Shown piece by piece: positions 13,101 to 28,100 of a stretch of 64,000 nucleotides of DNA (within the stretch, counting starts at the first letter, position 1; every line of letters starts with the position of its first letter). A program made the position numbers and the translations under genes. The notes beneath the pieces are model-generated. The model was not told where the DNA came from and ran no database searches. It saw only the letters and a list, made by a program, of their open reading frames with translations. The stretch is from contig NC_092677.1 of assembly GCF_964355755.1 (NCBI RefSeq), positions 17,258,101 through 17,322,100 of the forward strand, given 5' to 3'. This DNA comes from Antedon mediterranea. Lineage: Eukaryota > Animalia > Echinodermata.

Positions 13101-16100
13101 ATTTGTAATATCAGTTTAGATGTTGCTGAGTTTTAAAAAAGAAATGGAATGTTACTGTATTGATTGGCCTTGTTTTTGCAGGTTTTGCTCCTATTGGAGG
13201 AATGTGTAGCAAGTATAGAAGTTGTACTATTAATGAAGACACAGGTTTAGGACTAGCGTTTACTGTAGCACATGAATCAGGACATAGGTAGTGTGTTGAG
13301 TCAAACTTATGACCAATCAGAATTGTCTACTGCAAACTTATGTGCATAATATAATGTTATTTTGCATGGTGGCCTGCAACCCATACTTTACCTGTGTTTC
13401 TTCACCATACAAACATTTTGAATATATTCTAAAATTAGTTATTTATCTTCAACAACAGTTTTGGAATGGTACACGATGGTGATGACAATGATTGTTCCAA
13501 GTCTAGTGGTCACATTATGTCACCAACCCTGTCGGGTAACAATGGCCGATTTATGTGGTCGCAATGCAGTCAAAAATACCTTGATGATTTCTTCAGGTAA
13601 GCTATTTTCATAGAAATTTCTAGACCTAAACAATAGAACCGTGAGGCCCAACAAAGATGTGTCCGTTTTCTCTTGTTTATTTCACATGTCTCTTAAAAGT
13701 GTTTTCCCCTGAATGAATGTCCTAAAAGATGGGTTTTACTGTATATATATCATTGTTAGACACATGCCATGATGGCCAAGTACATTCTATAGGCTCTGTA
13801 TAACCTAAAGTATCTTTTCTTCTTTATCTTCGTTGTTGGCCTCTTCAGACAATATTTCTTTTGTAGATTCTCTAGGGTTCCATACAGTTTTTGGTATAAG
13901 GTTGTTTGCCAAGATCAGAGAGTTTCCAAATGTTAAGCACTATATTGTACTTCTCTGTTTTACCTAATCATGAGGCATAATTGCCTAGTGGTTTGCACCA
14001 GTGGTCTGAAATGTGGCTATCAGCTAGTTTAGTAGTTTATCTTGAAATCCTGCCATTGTGCAAGTCATAGTTTTATAGGATCAGAACATAAAATATAGCA
14101 TTTATTAAGAATACCTGATTCTTGTTAAAAAGTCTTGTACTTGAGATTCAATTATCTTGAGTGCTGTGATACAACTTGTGAGAGTTTTAAAATTGTACCA
14201 AATCCCTCCTTCACCAGTTAAATCCCATCACAAACAATTAGGTCAAAAAAAATAAATAAATGGAAATAATAGATATATTGGTCATCGTTTCTCACTTTCC
14301 TGTTTTGAGTTAAAAAAGGTTTTAAGATTATGATAAAATCCTGAAGGAATATTTTTTATTAGATTTGATAGATAAGAAATAAATCTTGATTGTAAGAATT
14401 CTAGGCCGAAGAATACACTCTCCCAAGAGAAAAGGCCTACTATCCAGGCACTGAAGAAGCAGCTTAACAGGCCACTGATTATAGTCTGTTGTACCTTTGG
14501 GAATATATTGTTTAAGACATGACATGAAGATGGTTTTTTAACAGCATATTAGTTCTCTAGGGTTTTTCAAAACTTGCTCTAACTGTCTTTAGATGACAGA
14601 GTATATTAATACACATGTACACCCCCTACATTTATGCTAGATACTAAGTACAAATCAATGCCAAATTTAATAATATTTGATTTGTGCCTAAATTCAATTT
14701 GACCACAATTAAATGTATCAAAAAAATGGTTGACATGAATGACCATTTTGGAAACACAAATAATACAACCTTTATTATTTGTCCTAAATATAGTATTGTT
14801 GTATATTGGGCATTTTCATACCAAAAATAGATAAGTAAGAAATAAACTATAACCTTTGAAACTATGATTTATTTTGCTACCACACAGCAGTAAGAAGCAT
14901 AGACAAAGGCTAAACAAAAACCCACACTCATTTGTATGGTAGTGTACCACCAGGGATAGCCCTCGAAAAGTAGATCCTGAGAGTTTGTTGAACCCACACT
15001 CATTTGTATGGTAGTGTACCACCAGGGATAGCCCTCGAAAAGTAGATTTACATCCTGAGAGTTTGTTGAACCCACAAATGTGAAAACACATCACCCAAAA
15101 ATTTAAACAACCACAAATTTGAAAACGCATCACCTGTAATTGTGAAAACAACTACAAATTTGAAAACACGTCACCCACAAATGTGAAAACAGCGCCCACA
15201 TTTTTTTTAAATTTACATTTACTGTTCATAATGTTTTATACATAGCATATTTTCTTATATATTATCTTATCCATTGTATAGTATTGTATGTTTTTAACTG
15301 TTGTTATTTTTATTGTAATTTGAACCTTGGAAGACAAATTTCATTTACTGTGTATTTGACAATAAATTTGAACTTGAACTTGAACTTGTTATCACACTTG
15401 TGAGAGATTATCGTTTTCATTTTTGTGGCCATTTTTTTTATTACATTTGGGGGTGTGTGTGTTTTCACATTTGTGGTTTATATTGTGTTTGTGATTTCCA
15501 CTTTCTGCTCACTCAGAAAAAACTTTTTTTCAAAACCTTGGATTTTAGTTACAAATATGTTTGTAAATATTATTTTTTGTTATATAACCCAGTACGGAAC
15601 AAGCATTGTGTTTGGAGGATGAACCTCTTTCAACTGGGGAGTACATGCTACCAAAGAAGTTGCCTGGAGAGATCTACGACCCTGACACTCAATGTAGATG
15701 GCAGTTTGGTAAAGATGCTAGACTTTGCTCTTTTGATTTTGGAAAAGTAGCACAGGTATGTTTATCAAATTTAAACTGGCATATTACTACTTGTTATCAC
15801 CCAGTCTTATTATCTATTCTATTTATTTCTAATTATCGGTATATTCTCATGGAATTTGCAATCCATGGAAAATACAAAATGCAGAACAGGTTAAACTGCA
15901 AGATTGACTGTATTTAATTCCGAGAGAGACAATATCATATAAACACAGGTTAAATCTTTAACACAGTTCACCCTGAATTTGTATACTTTCACCTAACCTT
16001 TCCCACACTTAATTTAAACTTGCTTTCATAAATAATGATGTTTTCATATTTTGTTTCTGGTTTTTAATTCCAAAAGAATTATTGTTTTATTATTAATGCA

Positions 16101-19100
16101 TTACTGCTTTTCAACAAATCGTTATCTAATAAAAATTAATTCACCCTGGTTGGTGGTACCTGCTGATAAGACATTTGAACATTCAAGTGTATCAACTCTT
16201 TCAATACATAGAAAATAACATAACTAATTGAATCACTGGTGGAATGTATACACAAAGGTATACACAGAGAAATAACATAATGTGAATGTCTGTAAGGCAA
16301 AGTACCTAACGATTAAACATAATGTGCTCATACATGATCAATCTACTAACCTAATTTTTAAAACAATAAAAGTATTTATGTTTGACAAGTTTTTTTTTAA
16401 TGGTGACCTTTTAGAATACCATAAACAAATATAATCCATTGCTCAAATATAAACCCAACCCTATTATGGAGTAAATAAAGACACAATTAGACTATAATCC
16501 CATCCCACTTTTTTTGCCCAATTTCATAGTAAAGCCCCCACTACACTATGTTTGAAGTTTTATTTTTTTTGTAATGGCGATCTTTCAACATAATAATGCA
16601 TGATATGTTGACAAATTAATGTTTATAAGTTCATTGTCATTCAACAAGGCAACATTTTAATTGGAATTCGTCCAATCAAATGACAGGAATCTATTTAGGT
16701 GTTATATAAATGAAAATAGTATAATCTAAAAGTGGATAAATGCAATGGAGGCAAATCAAACAGATTTATATTACTTGCAGAAGGCCATAAATAAATATGA
16801 TAATGATTTGTATAAGTGAACAATCTAATTATTAACTGAAAACTTCTTTAGGCCTGTCCGAACTGTTGGGAATGTGTTAAAATGTCATATCCATATTTGG
16901 CACCTTGTTAATTATATTCACTAGTATTTCGGGATTTACAGATGGAAAATACACTTAAAATAATTGTAGAATATTTAAAGCTTGTTTATAATATAAACTT
17001 ATCTGTTTTGTGATGATATAGACTTAAAAGTAATGCAATGTAAAAACATAGTACTTGAGTTCACAAGTAGGATAAAAGACATATAAACTATCTGTAGACT
17101 AAATACCTTGCAGGCATGTTGAAATATTGCGTTTATATAGTCGTCGTATGTCGGTCATGGACCGAGTTATTATGTAGGACAATATAAACTGTAATAGCAT
17201 TGTGGACCTCACTAGATTTTTATCCCTCATAATGACATAAATACTGAAATGATATTTATTCCACCAAGATTCAAAACTGGAACCTTCTGCTTGATATGCA
17301 GATGTGCTAACCACTGGGGCTTTCATGGTATTGTGCAAATTTGATATTTCAATTGGAGTGATAGAAGGTGGTTATTGGTATTTTGTAAGATCCATTTCTA
17401 GTAATGTTTCCTATATTATTCTTATTAATGATTCACAACCATGTCTTTCATCAAAGTTCTGTAATTCTCACTTCACAGCTGTTTCTGTTCCTGAGTTATC
17501 TTTATGCTCTAATGACATTAACTGAAACATGTAATTGATAATGAGTTGCATCCTACATAAAGTAATCTTTACTAAAATTATTTTACCTCAGTAAACATTA
17601 TTTTTTCCATTTAATAATGACAGTACAACCTGTTTAACTAAATAAATTGGTTCCCTGATTTGATCTAGAAAGTTACTTCAATTTTAAAGTGTGACTAAAA
17701 AAATGTACAGTACTTGCATTTCTAGGGACATTTTTTTTCCATATATACTTTATATACTTAAAATATTACCAAAGGGACAAAATTATAAGCATCTAATATT
17801 TAAAAAAAAAAATTTTTTTTATATATATGTTTTATTTTATAGTCTGTTTGCAAAGCTCTATGGTGCCATCGAGGTCACCGCCGTTGCGAGACCAAATATC
17901 TTCCTGCAGCAGACGGCACCACTTGCGGCAAAAACAAATGGTGCGTTAAAGGCCTCTGCTTGGATCATGGCAACACAGGCCCTAGCCCTATCAATGGAGG
18001 ATGGGGTAATTACGGCGCATTCTCGGAGTGCTCGAGGACTTGTGGTGGTGGCGTTAGATTCCAGGAACGTGAATGCAACAATCCTGATCCCCAGTATGGT
18101 GGCAAGTTTTGTGAAGGTCCAAGTAGGATTTATAGTATGTGTAATGTACAAGTAAGTATTTATTTAAGTGTTTATGCTTAGATGTGTTTTAGTGCATACT
18201 GTAGCATACTGTTTTGGTTAGCATTATTTACACACAAATCTTAGATTTACATTGAGGGGAATTGGTAGATCTTAAACATTAAAATTATACAATCTTGTAT
18301 TTTAAATGTTTCATTGTTTCTTAATTTTTGTAATGGTAATTTTTTGTTTGTAGTATTTATATTTTTTTACAATTTTTATGTAATTCTACAATGCTAATTC
18401 AAATCAAATTTCATAGAAATAAATGTTTTACTTGAGGACAATTACATTATATTATAGTTTTTTATGTAATATGTATTCAATTTAATTTATTGTAATAACC
18501 TTCCAACAAGATAGAAATCATGATCATCTTGTTTAGATCTGTCACAGCTTAATTGAGTTTTCTGTTTAGACAAATGTTAACCTAATGTATTTTTTATGTT
18601 TAGTTGTATATTACACAGTGTGAGTGGAGTTGTGGCAACCCAGGTTCAAATCTTGTCCTATTTCTCATGACAAAAAACTCCACTCCACTCTCAAAGACTT
18701 TGTTTATGCAGAACATCTTGTGTGTATGTTTTGAATGACTTGAACTCTTGTTGTTAATTTTAAGAAATAAAAGAAAATTAATAATTTGTTTTAAATCTTT
18801 AGGAATGTTTAGATACTACCGTTGATTTCAGAGAGCAGCAGTGTGCCATGTACAACAGTAAACCTTTCAGAGGCTTTTATTATGAATGGAAACCATATCT
18901 ACCTTTACAAAGTAAGATTGAAGTGTTCTGTATACGGTTTAGCACAATGATAACAATGGTTTCATAACTGACACTTATAGATTGTATTAAGCTGCTTCTT
19001 TAATATTTATTCACAATGATAAATAGAACCATCTTGCTTCAATATAGAAAAATAATACTTATTATATTCTTTTCAAAGATACCCACCCAGAGCAGGTTTA

Positions 19101-22100
19101 GTTTTAAACCTTCCCAGTACCATTGTCAGCATTTTGATCAACCAATAAAAAAACTTTAACCAAACATTCAAACTCTCTCTCTCTCTCTTAATACTGTATG
19201 ATTCCTATGTTGTATGAAAATGAATGAAAATAAATTAAATTAGTGTGTATAGTGAACATAAAGTACTCTATAAATTTAATTTAATTTTTAAGAATGAAAC
19301 AAACATTAAATCTGTCAATGTTCATTCATGAACAACCTTATAAAACAAAGAAAATAGAGAAATATAGGACACATTGAAGAATGTTTATTCTGATAATGTA
19401 ATATTTAACATTACACAACATGTTTTCATTCAGGGAGAGATATGTGCAAACTATACTGCCGAGCCCAAGGGTTTGATTTCTACTTTGCTCTTTCCAGTAA
19501 AGTAAGAGATGGTACACGCTGTAGCAATAAAGGTCTAGACGTCTGCATAAATGGTCGTTGTGAGGTAATCAAAACTTTTATTTTCACTTGTGTAATTATA
19601 TCTTTTTACTCCACCTCACTGTTAATAATTCCTGCAAGAATTACTGTAGAAATGTTGGCAACATTAAAGAGGGACTGCGTTATGTTCACCGTGAATGAAT
19701 AGAGCGGCTACTACGACGTACAATTATAGACTTTTTATTGATAAATATAGAGATTGTGCAGTGGGATAATTTTGGCATGTTTGTGTTATGTTCCAATTCA
19801 TTAGTTTTAATTAACTTCCAAGTTGTATTTTCGATAATATGAAACACGAGTCGAAAAGACATGTTTGTTAAGTTTGTCAACTAACTGATGGTATAAAGTT
19901 GTATTAAAGTTTTATTGAATGTCATAACATTATTTCTCGATTGCCACATGTTCCAATCAAATTTGATTTTTATTTTGATAAGATGTTTAATAGCAGGAAA
20001 ATATATGACAACCAGCTGTTTGGCTTTAACTTAAACTAATCCAGGTAAATATTCAGGTATCACACTAAGACCTGCCTGGTTCTATTCACCGACTAGGTCA
20101 AATCTGTCAAGTAGCGGCGCTGCAGCTTACTTACTTATTCCTGGAATCAAATCATGGGTCTATTTAAAATAATCTACAAATAGTTTTCCCTGAAGATGAG
20201 GCCTATGTCACCTAGAAATGCATGTTATTTTATCAGAATATTCAATTCAAAAGACATTTACGTCCATGAGACAAATATTTAAAAAAACAATAATGATAAT
20301 TTGTGATGTAAAATAATGGACAAATGCAGAATCACAAAAAGATAAAGCTCTTGTGGCGGGATTGTCTAACATAAGTCAATATAGAAATAAAAGAAAAATT
20401 CAATAACAAATAAATAAACAAATGAAGCAGGAGATAATAATAATTATAATAATACAATAATATTGATGACCAGATAAATGAAAATAACATTTTGCATGCA
20501 ATCTTTGGAAAAGCAGAGTAGGATTCTGTGTGAACACTGTTTGAGTTAACCTGACCCGAATCATGTCCAAGTTTACAACTGTTGTATTTAGAGATGATGT
20601 GATCAGTTGTACTGATGTACCGCCGATAGTTTGAAGACAAGAGATAGAAATACCTTCACACCAGATTACAATGGGATATCACATGTTTAAATGGTGTATT
20701 TGTGTTTTTAACAGAAAAAAGAATCTAAAGCTCAAGGTTGACTTTAATTTACTTTGATAATAAAGCCTAGAATGTAATGTTTGTAATTAAATCTAGAATA
20801 TCTCTGACCACAGTACCACCGTCGGATTCAATTTATTATGTCAAAGTCCAGGGTGTTAAATCGTTGATCATAATATTAAAACTATCATGCCTGTGGACAC
20901 AATTCAACTTGGTCTGCATGGTTAAGTTTATCAGACCATAATTCTCAAATGGTTTCATGTTAAAAGCATTCTTTATATTGAAGAAAATGTTTCAACTATT
21001 TTGCATTTTTTTTTTTTAATAACATAAAACATTTAAATGCTTCCAACCAAGTTCAATTTATTAGGTCAACATTGTCAAATATTTTTTTGCAAAAAATGAA
21101 GTTAATGGATAAAGACTGGTAATTTTGTATCTAATCCCTTTTTTGGTAAAATACAATTAATGTCGAGTGCCTTTAGCTATAGTCCACCTACGTATGCCTG
21201 GTTCAATTATTTTAACATTGTCAAGAAATTGAAAACCAGGGTTTCATGTTAACACAGTCTTTTGAGAAATGTAATGTATATAGGTACAACCCAAAACAGC
21301 TGAATGTGGAATACATATGTTACTGTTTTGTAGGCAATGTCCACAATGATTTGACATTCTAGTCTGACATCAATAATAAAATCAGACCTCCCAAATCTAA
21401 TGATATTTCTAGTAAGCTGCAATTTCTCACGATTATTTTTTTATATTGAGAAAAAAAAACCATCCTGATAATGTATACATTTATTATTTAGGCTCTCTAG
21501 TTTGTTGAATATGGCGAAAAATGCATTTACCACGTCTGGAAAGCACCGGTCATATCCGTTGTCTACTAAATGCTGATAGTTTTTAAGGCACCCTCTGTAG
21601 TTTAAGCTTGCATCAATTCTCCTGATACTTCACTTTTCCAAGTTGGGACCACTGATAAAATGCTCATCCTGCCAATAGTACTACTGTATCCAGTGTCCAC
21701 AACTTATTTTTATATTTCCTCAACCTTGTTTAAATTGTTACTGTACTTCTAGATTAGATAATTATTCTCATTTTTCCTTTTTTTACCAAGCAAATGCCTT
21801 AAATATAATGCTATTTTTTCATGTGCATCCACACATAAAGACATGGTCCACACCATTTTCCCATAGTTAAGCTTATAACAATAGGTAGATCATCGTTTGA
21901 ACAGCTGAATGGTTTTATTAATGTTATTATGTGAGTAGATTTGACATTATCAACTTGTTTACAAGGAAAGCCATAAAAGTTACATCCTTTTGATTATGGC
22001 TTCTTTTTATGCCAAAGTTCAGTACAGTTTCAACCAGTTCATTTTACATGGTGATTATGCATGTCTATGAACATATTAACTTTAGCATGATTTCTGCCTT

Positions 22101-25100
22101 CCATGGAAAATAAAAATAACACTTAACAGCTTCTAGAAACCATGCTTGGATGAGGATTGTGCATTTGCAATATAATTTAAAGGATAAGAATATCTTATTT
22201 CGACAACTGATTTGATTAGTGTTAGAATGAGAGGGGTGTGATAAAGTATGCTCCATTTAAAAGTTGCAAACATTATCCAGTATAGGTGTAATTGATATTT
22301 GGAGCCTTTTGAAAAAAAACATCTTTTAAAATACCAAATGCTAATAGCATCTTGTTTTACATGTTTCCTTTCTTCCAATCAAGGCTTTTTAAATCTTTTT
22401 ATATCGATTAATATTGTGGTTTCAATAGAATGCATTTCCAGTGGGAGAACAACAACAGTTAAGGTGATCTTAAAATACAATTCAGGAAGTATTTTTTATT
22501 AGAAAGAAAATAAACTAAAAACAAAGGGAGAGATCTCAGGAAGTTAAAATGACAAAAGAGAAACTTGAATGAAAACTCTGCTACTTGTATTTGCCAGAAA
22601 CGGCAGCACTCGGCGACAATTAGCCTGGCTTAGTAAACATACCCCTTTGATTTGAAAACGCTTTCTTTTCGGTGCTTCTGGATCCATTTTAACGTCTGCC
22701 TAGGAAGTTAGAAATTAAATAAAGGAAGTAGGGTGGTGTCCAGAACACTGTCTGAGTCAGGTGATGACTGCCTGTCACATGCACGTTGTAAAGGTGTGCA
22801 CGGTATACAAAGGGTTCGATATTAGGCCCAGGATTTAGAAAGATCTGAATCATGTCATAGTTGCTGGTGGTGATCAACATGTACAAAGGTAGTCTATAGT
22901 GTTTGGGGTAGGCCTACAAGAATTTAGCTAAGGTCTGTCTGCAACACTTCCAGGTGGTTAAGTGTATACCTTCAAAGAGTTCGGTACTAGGCCAAGAAAA
23001 GATCTGAACCTTACAGTGGTCTTGGCACCGGCTGAAAAAAATTCAAAATATTAACTAATTTGGTTCTGAATCTTTAAAAAAAATTTGTTTACAAATTCTT
23101 GCAATCTGCGACATAGTTCTGAAAAGAAAGTATCTATCGATTGATATGCTTCACCATCTTTTATAAGATGGTTAATTGAAATGTATTTATCAAAATCAAA
23201 GTCTCAAGTCTGTCATAAAAATGACACTTAAACAGATATTATCAAGTTTGTATTTTATTAAATAATCCACTAATATTACCGTATTAAGTTTATTTTCGTT
23301 TTTATGTGATATCGAACAAATAATTTCACCTGTACAATTAAGTGTTCCATTGATGGATGAGAAGGACATTATTTGGAGTGTGAAATTTGTTTTTCTGATT
23401 CACAACTGTAACCCAAAGTTGTGCATGCCTGAAACCCCCAGTGTTGCAATGATGAGGATTCTATATATTTGTTCTAAGACAAATTAAAGATAACAACAAA
23501 AAGATAGAACATAGTTTAATCCAGCATTATTTACAATTGTTCTCCCTTACCCCACTCTCCCTATTTCAAAATCCTGGATCCTCCACTGTTGATTTAAAGC
23601 AATATAATTTTTGTTGTATGTAATCGTTGTTCAGAAACGTTAAGGTACTATGTCGACAGTTTAAACAAAGATTGGCTAAAAGGAAATTGAGATTTGATTA
23701 GAAAAATAATTTGATTAGGATTCTTCAACCGAGCAAATCCAATACTTTATCAAAGTTACTGTCTTCCTTCAAGACTATCTAGCCTCTAATTTGTGATGTC
23801 CATTTCATGAATTGATAACAAGTTATACAGGTGTACAGTGAAAGTTGTCTGAGATATTTGATCAATTCGGTGTCTTTCTGGCCAGTTTCTGTAACAGGAA
23901 TAATCCATGGAAGTGTGGTGTCTGTTTACATGTCCCAGTGACGAGACCGATAGTAACGCTGTTAGTAATTATGGTAACAAAAAATGATTAAAACATTGTT
24001 GTTTTATTTAATATAAAGATGCAATGTGAATTTTTCAGCATTTTTTTCCGCCTCGGTCGCTCTGCTTATTTCTGTTGTAAAGTTTCTCCAAAGTATTCTG
24101 TCAGATATGTTCTTTATTTTCTGTAGTTCTGTTGCAGTTTTTAATTTTGTTGGTAGTGTCATAGTTGGTACTGATAATATTAGTGCTTTTTCAATACTGC
24201 TGTATATTTATAGGTGTTTGCTTATTTTTCCTTAATATATGTCCAAATAGTCCTTTGTGTAGTTGTACTTTTCACCACAGTTCATTTTAGTTGTTCATGC
24301 ACCACTCCAGTCTATTCATGTCACTACTACAGGTTGTTATACAGCTGCAACTACAGTACTGTGCAACCTGCTTTTGGGGGGGGGGGGGAGAAGGGGTTTA
24401 TTTAACCTTTAACCAGATATTGTTCTTGTAATTCCTTTAACTTTAATACTGTTTCAATGTAGAAGTTTATGAGTCAGTGAAATTAACAGTGTGTATTCCT
24501 ATTCACTGAATATAAAGTACTTTGTAGATTATTAGATGAACAGTGTAAACAAAGTAGTATACACAGTAGTATTCCCCTTACATTCAATGACAAATTAAGG
24601 ATAACCTATGTGTCACATTTCCTAATAAACAATATCGTTCTAAATTCAATTATAAACAAAAGATTCAATCCTATTTACAATTTAAACTTTTCAATCAATC
24701 AAAAATAATCAGTCATTAGTAATATACAATATAATTAACAACATATTTAGGAAACAATAAACAAGGTAAGTTAACAATTTATTTTTTTTATCACATTTCA
24801 TACTATTCTTGGTTATCGTTCATATTTCAATTTCGCATAATTGAATTTTCTTTGAAGGCCCAGTCATGTTGTTTTTAATGTCTTACAACTCTTTCAGTTT
24901 CTTTTCCATTCCGCACCCTTCCAAATGTGTTAATACTTTGTCTATGAAGTATTAAGAAGTGCATAAAACATGTGTTTTCATTGGAAAGTGTTGTTTCAGA
25001 TTAATTCAATATGTATTTGCTACACATAGCCTTTTGGGCTTGGTCTAATTGCTAGGGCCGCCACACATGAGATTTCGCTACTGCAAAAGAGTTCTGGACA

Positions 25101-28100
25101 GTCGTATTCTTGTGTTACATTTCACCACAGATGACAAAAGAAATTAAGTCACGATAAACCTGAAACTGTATGCATTCTCTTATTTGTTCCGCTTTAAAAA
25201 ACTTAACCTTTTGTAAGCGCCTATGTGATCAGTATGGGACATTGGACTAGCATTGGTTAGTCCAGTGTACATACAATGCAATGCAAGAAAGTTTCGCGTC
25301 ATCTCTTGGACATAATTTATAGAATTCCTTTAAATTATTTTGATTTGTCTATCTCTTGGTTACTTAAAAACTTGTTTAATCCTATATAGTATTTGATTAG
25401 CATAATAGAGAACCTAGCTTCCTATTCCACTTTCTTGAAAGGTAAAAAATGGCTCCTACAGGAATGGTTTAGGAAGAACCCCCATTAAACCCAACATTCA
25501 GCCCTCTTCCCTCTCTCTTTCACAATGCAGGATCTAGATAATAATAGTACTACTCTATGATCTACCTGAATACTTTTTATTGATTGGCTAAACGTAAACG
25601 GAAGGAAGATACCTGACAGTGGTGAATGTCCATATCCTGTATTTGCTAACACTATAAAAAAACATTACTCCATTGATAAAAAGTAGTCTTTTAATCTGGT
25701 TAGTTATTTTTACCTTTAGTTATACATGCACTTTGTTCTGAATTACCTTGTTTAAATATTATGTTATTGACAATTTTCATTTAAATTCAAGATATCATAC
25801 GTCAGTTTTATAATCTAAATAAAGAATTATATTGGCCTACTTTCAAGTGAACTGCATTTCATTCAGAAAGTTTGATCATTTTGGCAACAATACTTTTTAA
25901 CAGATAAACAAAAATGCAAGATAACGTTTATTTGTAATTTTGTATGCATCAACGGAAAGTTGTGTTTTATATGAAAGAATAATCAACGGATGTACTTTAA
26001 AAGGCAATAAGATGCTCACTTTTGTGTGTCCATGAGTCAACGTCTTCAACAATTACGTTGTACTGTCTGAGTCATGTAATATGAAAACTCTGATGAAAAG
26101 AAACTTTGCAAAGCTGAAAAAAATGTTCAAGCTTTTGTTTAGTTATTTTAAAAAAATGATAATCAACAGAACCATCTTTTTTCTATAAGAAAACAAGATA
26201 AGATAAATTTAAATTCAAAGGCAAGATAATTTGGTCCAATAAAATGCCATTAATATTTATTTTGTTTAAAACCTAAAACTGATGGATTGCACAAGAAAAA
26301 AACATATACAATAAAGAAATTTTAACAAGAAAAGAACAGCCAGAAAGTTACCAAAAAAAACTGATATTAGATAACCATATAACCCTATAGGTAGATGAAA
26401 CATGCTAATTGTGATGCGGACATTGGTGAGGAATCAGGTGGCAGCATGTTATTTTTATGATACTCAATATTTACTTTTTTCTCTTTTATTAGCTTCTTGC
26501 AGGGAAACTGTTTGTCTATTCAGAAACTGTTTATAATATTTATTGATAATATTTGATTTAACTTTTTCATTTTGTTGTAGGTTGTTGGATGTGATCATGT
26601 GTTAGGATCTGGAGCAACAGAAGATGCTTGTGGTGTCTGTCGAGGTGATAACTCAACCTGTGCCTTTGTAAAGGGTCAATACATGGACCAACATAAAACA
26701 AACAGTAGGTTTTATTATAATGGATAGATCCATATATTTATAATGCACTTTTTACAGTAACAATGTCTCAAAAGTGCAGTAGACACTGTCAAATAGCTGC
26801 CACCAAATGGCGCTCATTTGTCTGCCAGTAACGATAGGGACCAAGATAAACTTACTAATACACTCATCTTTAGAAGGATGCGCTAAGTCTTTGTAAAGGG
26901 CATACAAGTCGTATGTGTACATTGATATCTATTGCTGTATTATAAAGCCACTGCCCAGCGTACAGTACCATTTAACTATTAAATTACAGTACTCCAACAA
27001 AAATGTAATTCTACCTTGTAGTGAATATTATAATATATAATTTGAAGAAATATTATTAATTTCAAACAATCTTTAGTAGTGAGAAGGCAATTAATAACCT
27101 GGTTTCCTAATACACTCAATAAAAACAAATTCAACACATTAAACTTTAGCAGTTATGAATTGCTCATGTAAAAAGGGGATTTCCCTGTCCTTTTGACTGT
27201 GCAAACACACACACATTTATGACTAACTATGACATATTTTTTTCAATGAGAAAATAATTTGTTTGTTTTTATTAAACTATGATTTTATGAAAACATTTTA
27301 ATCACCAAGCTTTAGCATTTATAAATAAAATGATATTTAATCCTATACAAAATTAGCAATTCATTTAGGATCTGTACAATTACACCATCTGTAGTATGTC
27401 ACCTAGATTTGTATCATATAACAAAACAAAGCAACTTCCAACAGCATATGCATTTAGTAATTTTATTATCAGTCGAACATGAACTAAATTCTCAATAAAA
27501 TAAAGGAAATTTTGTGGAAGACTTAGCAAGGTGGGTGCCTTGTTTCGGAAATTAAAGAAAGAACGGTTTCAGATGCACCTGTGGAACTGACCTTGTTTTG
27601 CTTTCTTAACTCTGGGCAACTTTTTGTACAATAGAACATTTTAAAAGTGATAAACTTTTGGTGGGAGAATGTGTAATAGAAAGTGTACAAGCATTTGTCC
27701 TCTGGAGATGTTTGTGAAGTTCCTGAAGATGTTTAATGCACAAGATTTATATTGACATTAAAGTTCTCCCAAAACCAACACCTTAGAAAAATCACGATCA
27801 GGCCTAAATGTCAAGTACAAACTGAAAATTTTTTTAAAAAATTTATTTTTTAAATTCATTTTATTCAGAATTAACCCAAAGATTGGGAGTGGGGTGGGGG
27901 GGGGGATGGGGGAGAGATCAACAAATAAAACATTTTTAGTCAAAATTAATGTTATAAAGAAACTTCTAATTACCAGTCATTAAAAGAAACTTCTAATTAC
28001 CAGTCATTAAACCGTAAAAAAATATCATACCATATTCAGGTATTTAAGATAAGCTCGTGTCGCAATTTAAATTTGGCTATTAGCCCATGCATATTATCCA

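Noticed and set aside
22689-22886. ORF with LNPGP resembling a 2A-like or LINE N-terminal motif
   Set aside because: Lacks the D-x-E of DxExNPGP and has no downstream PHD or endonuclease domain; at best an unrecognisable relic
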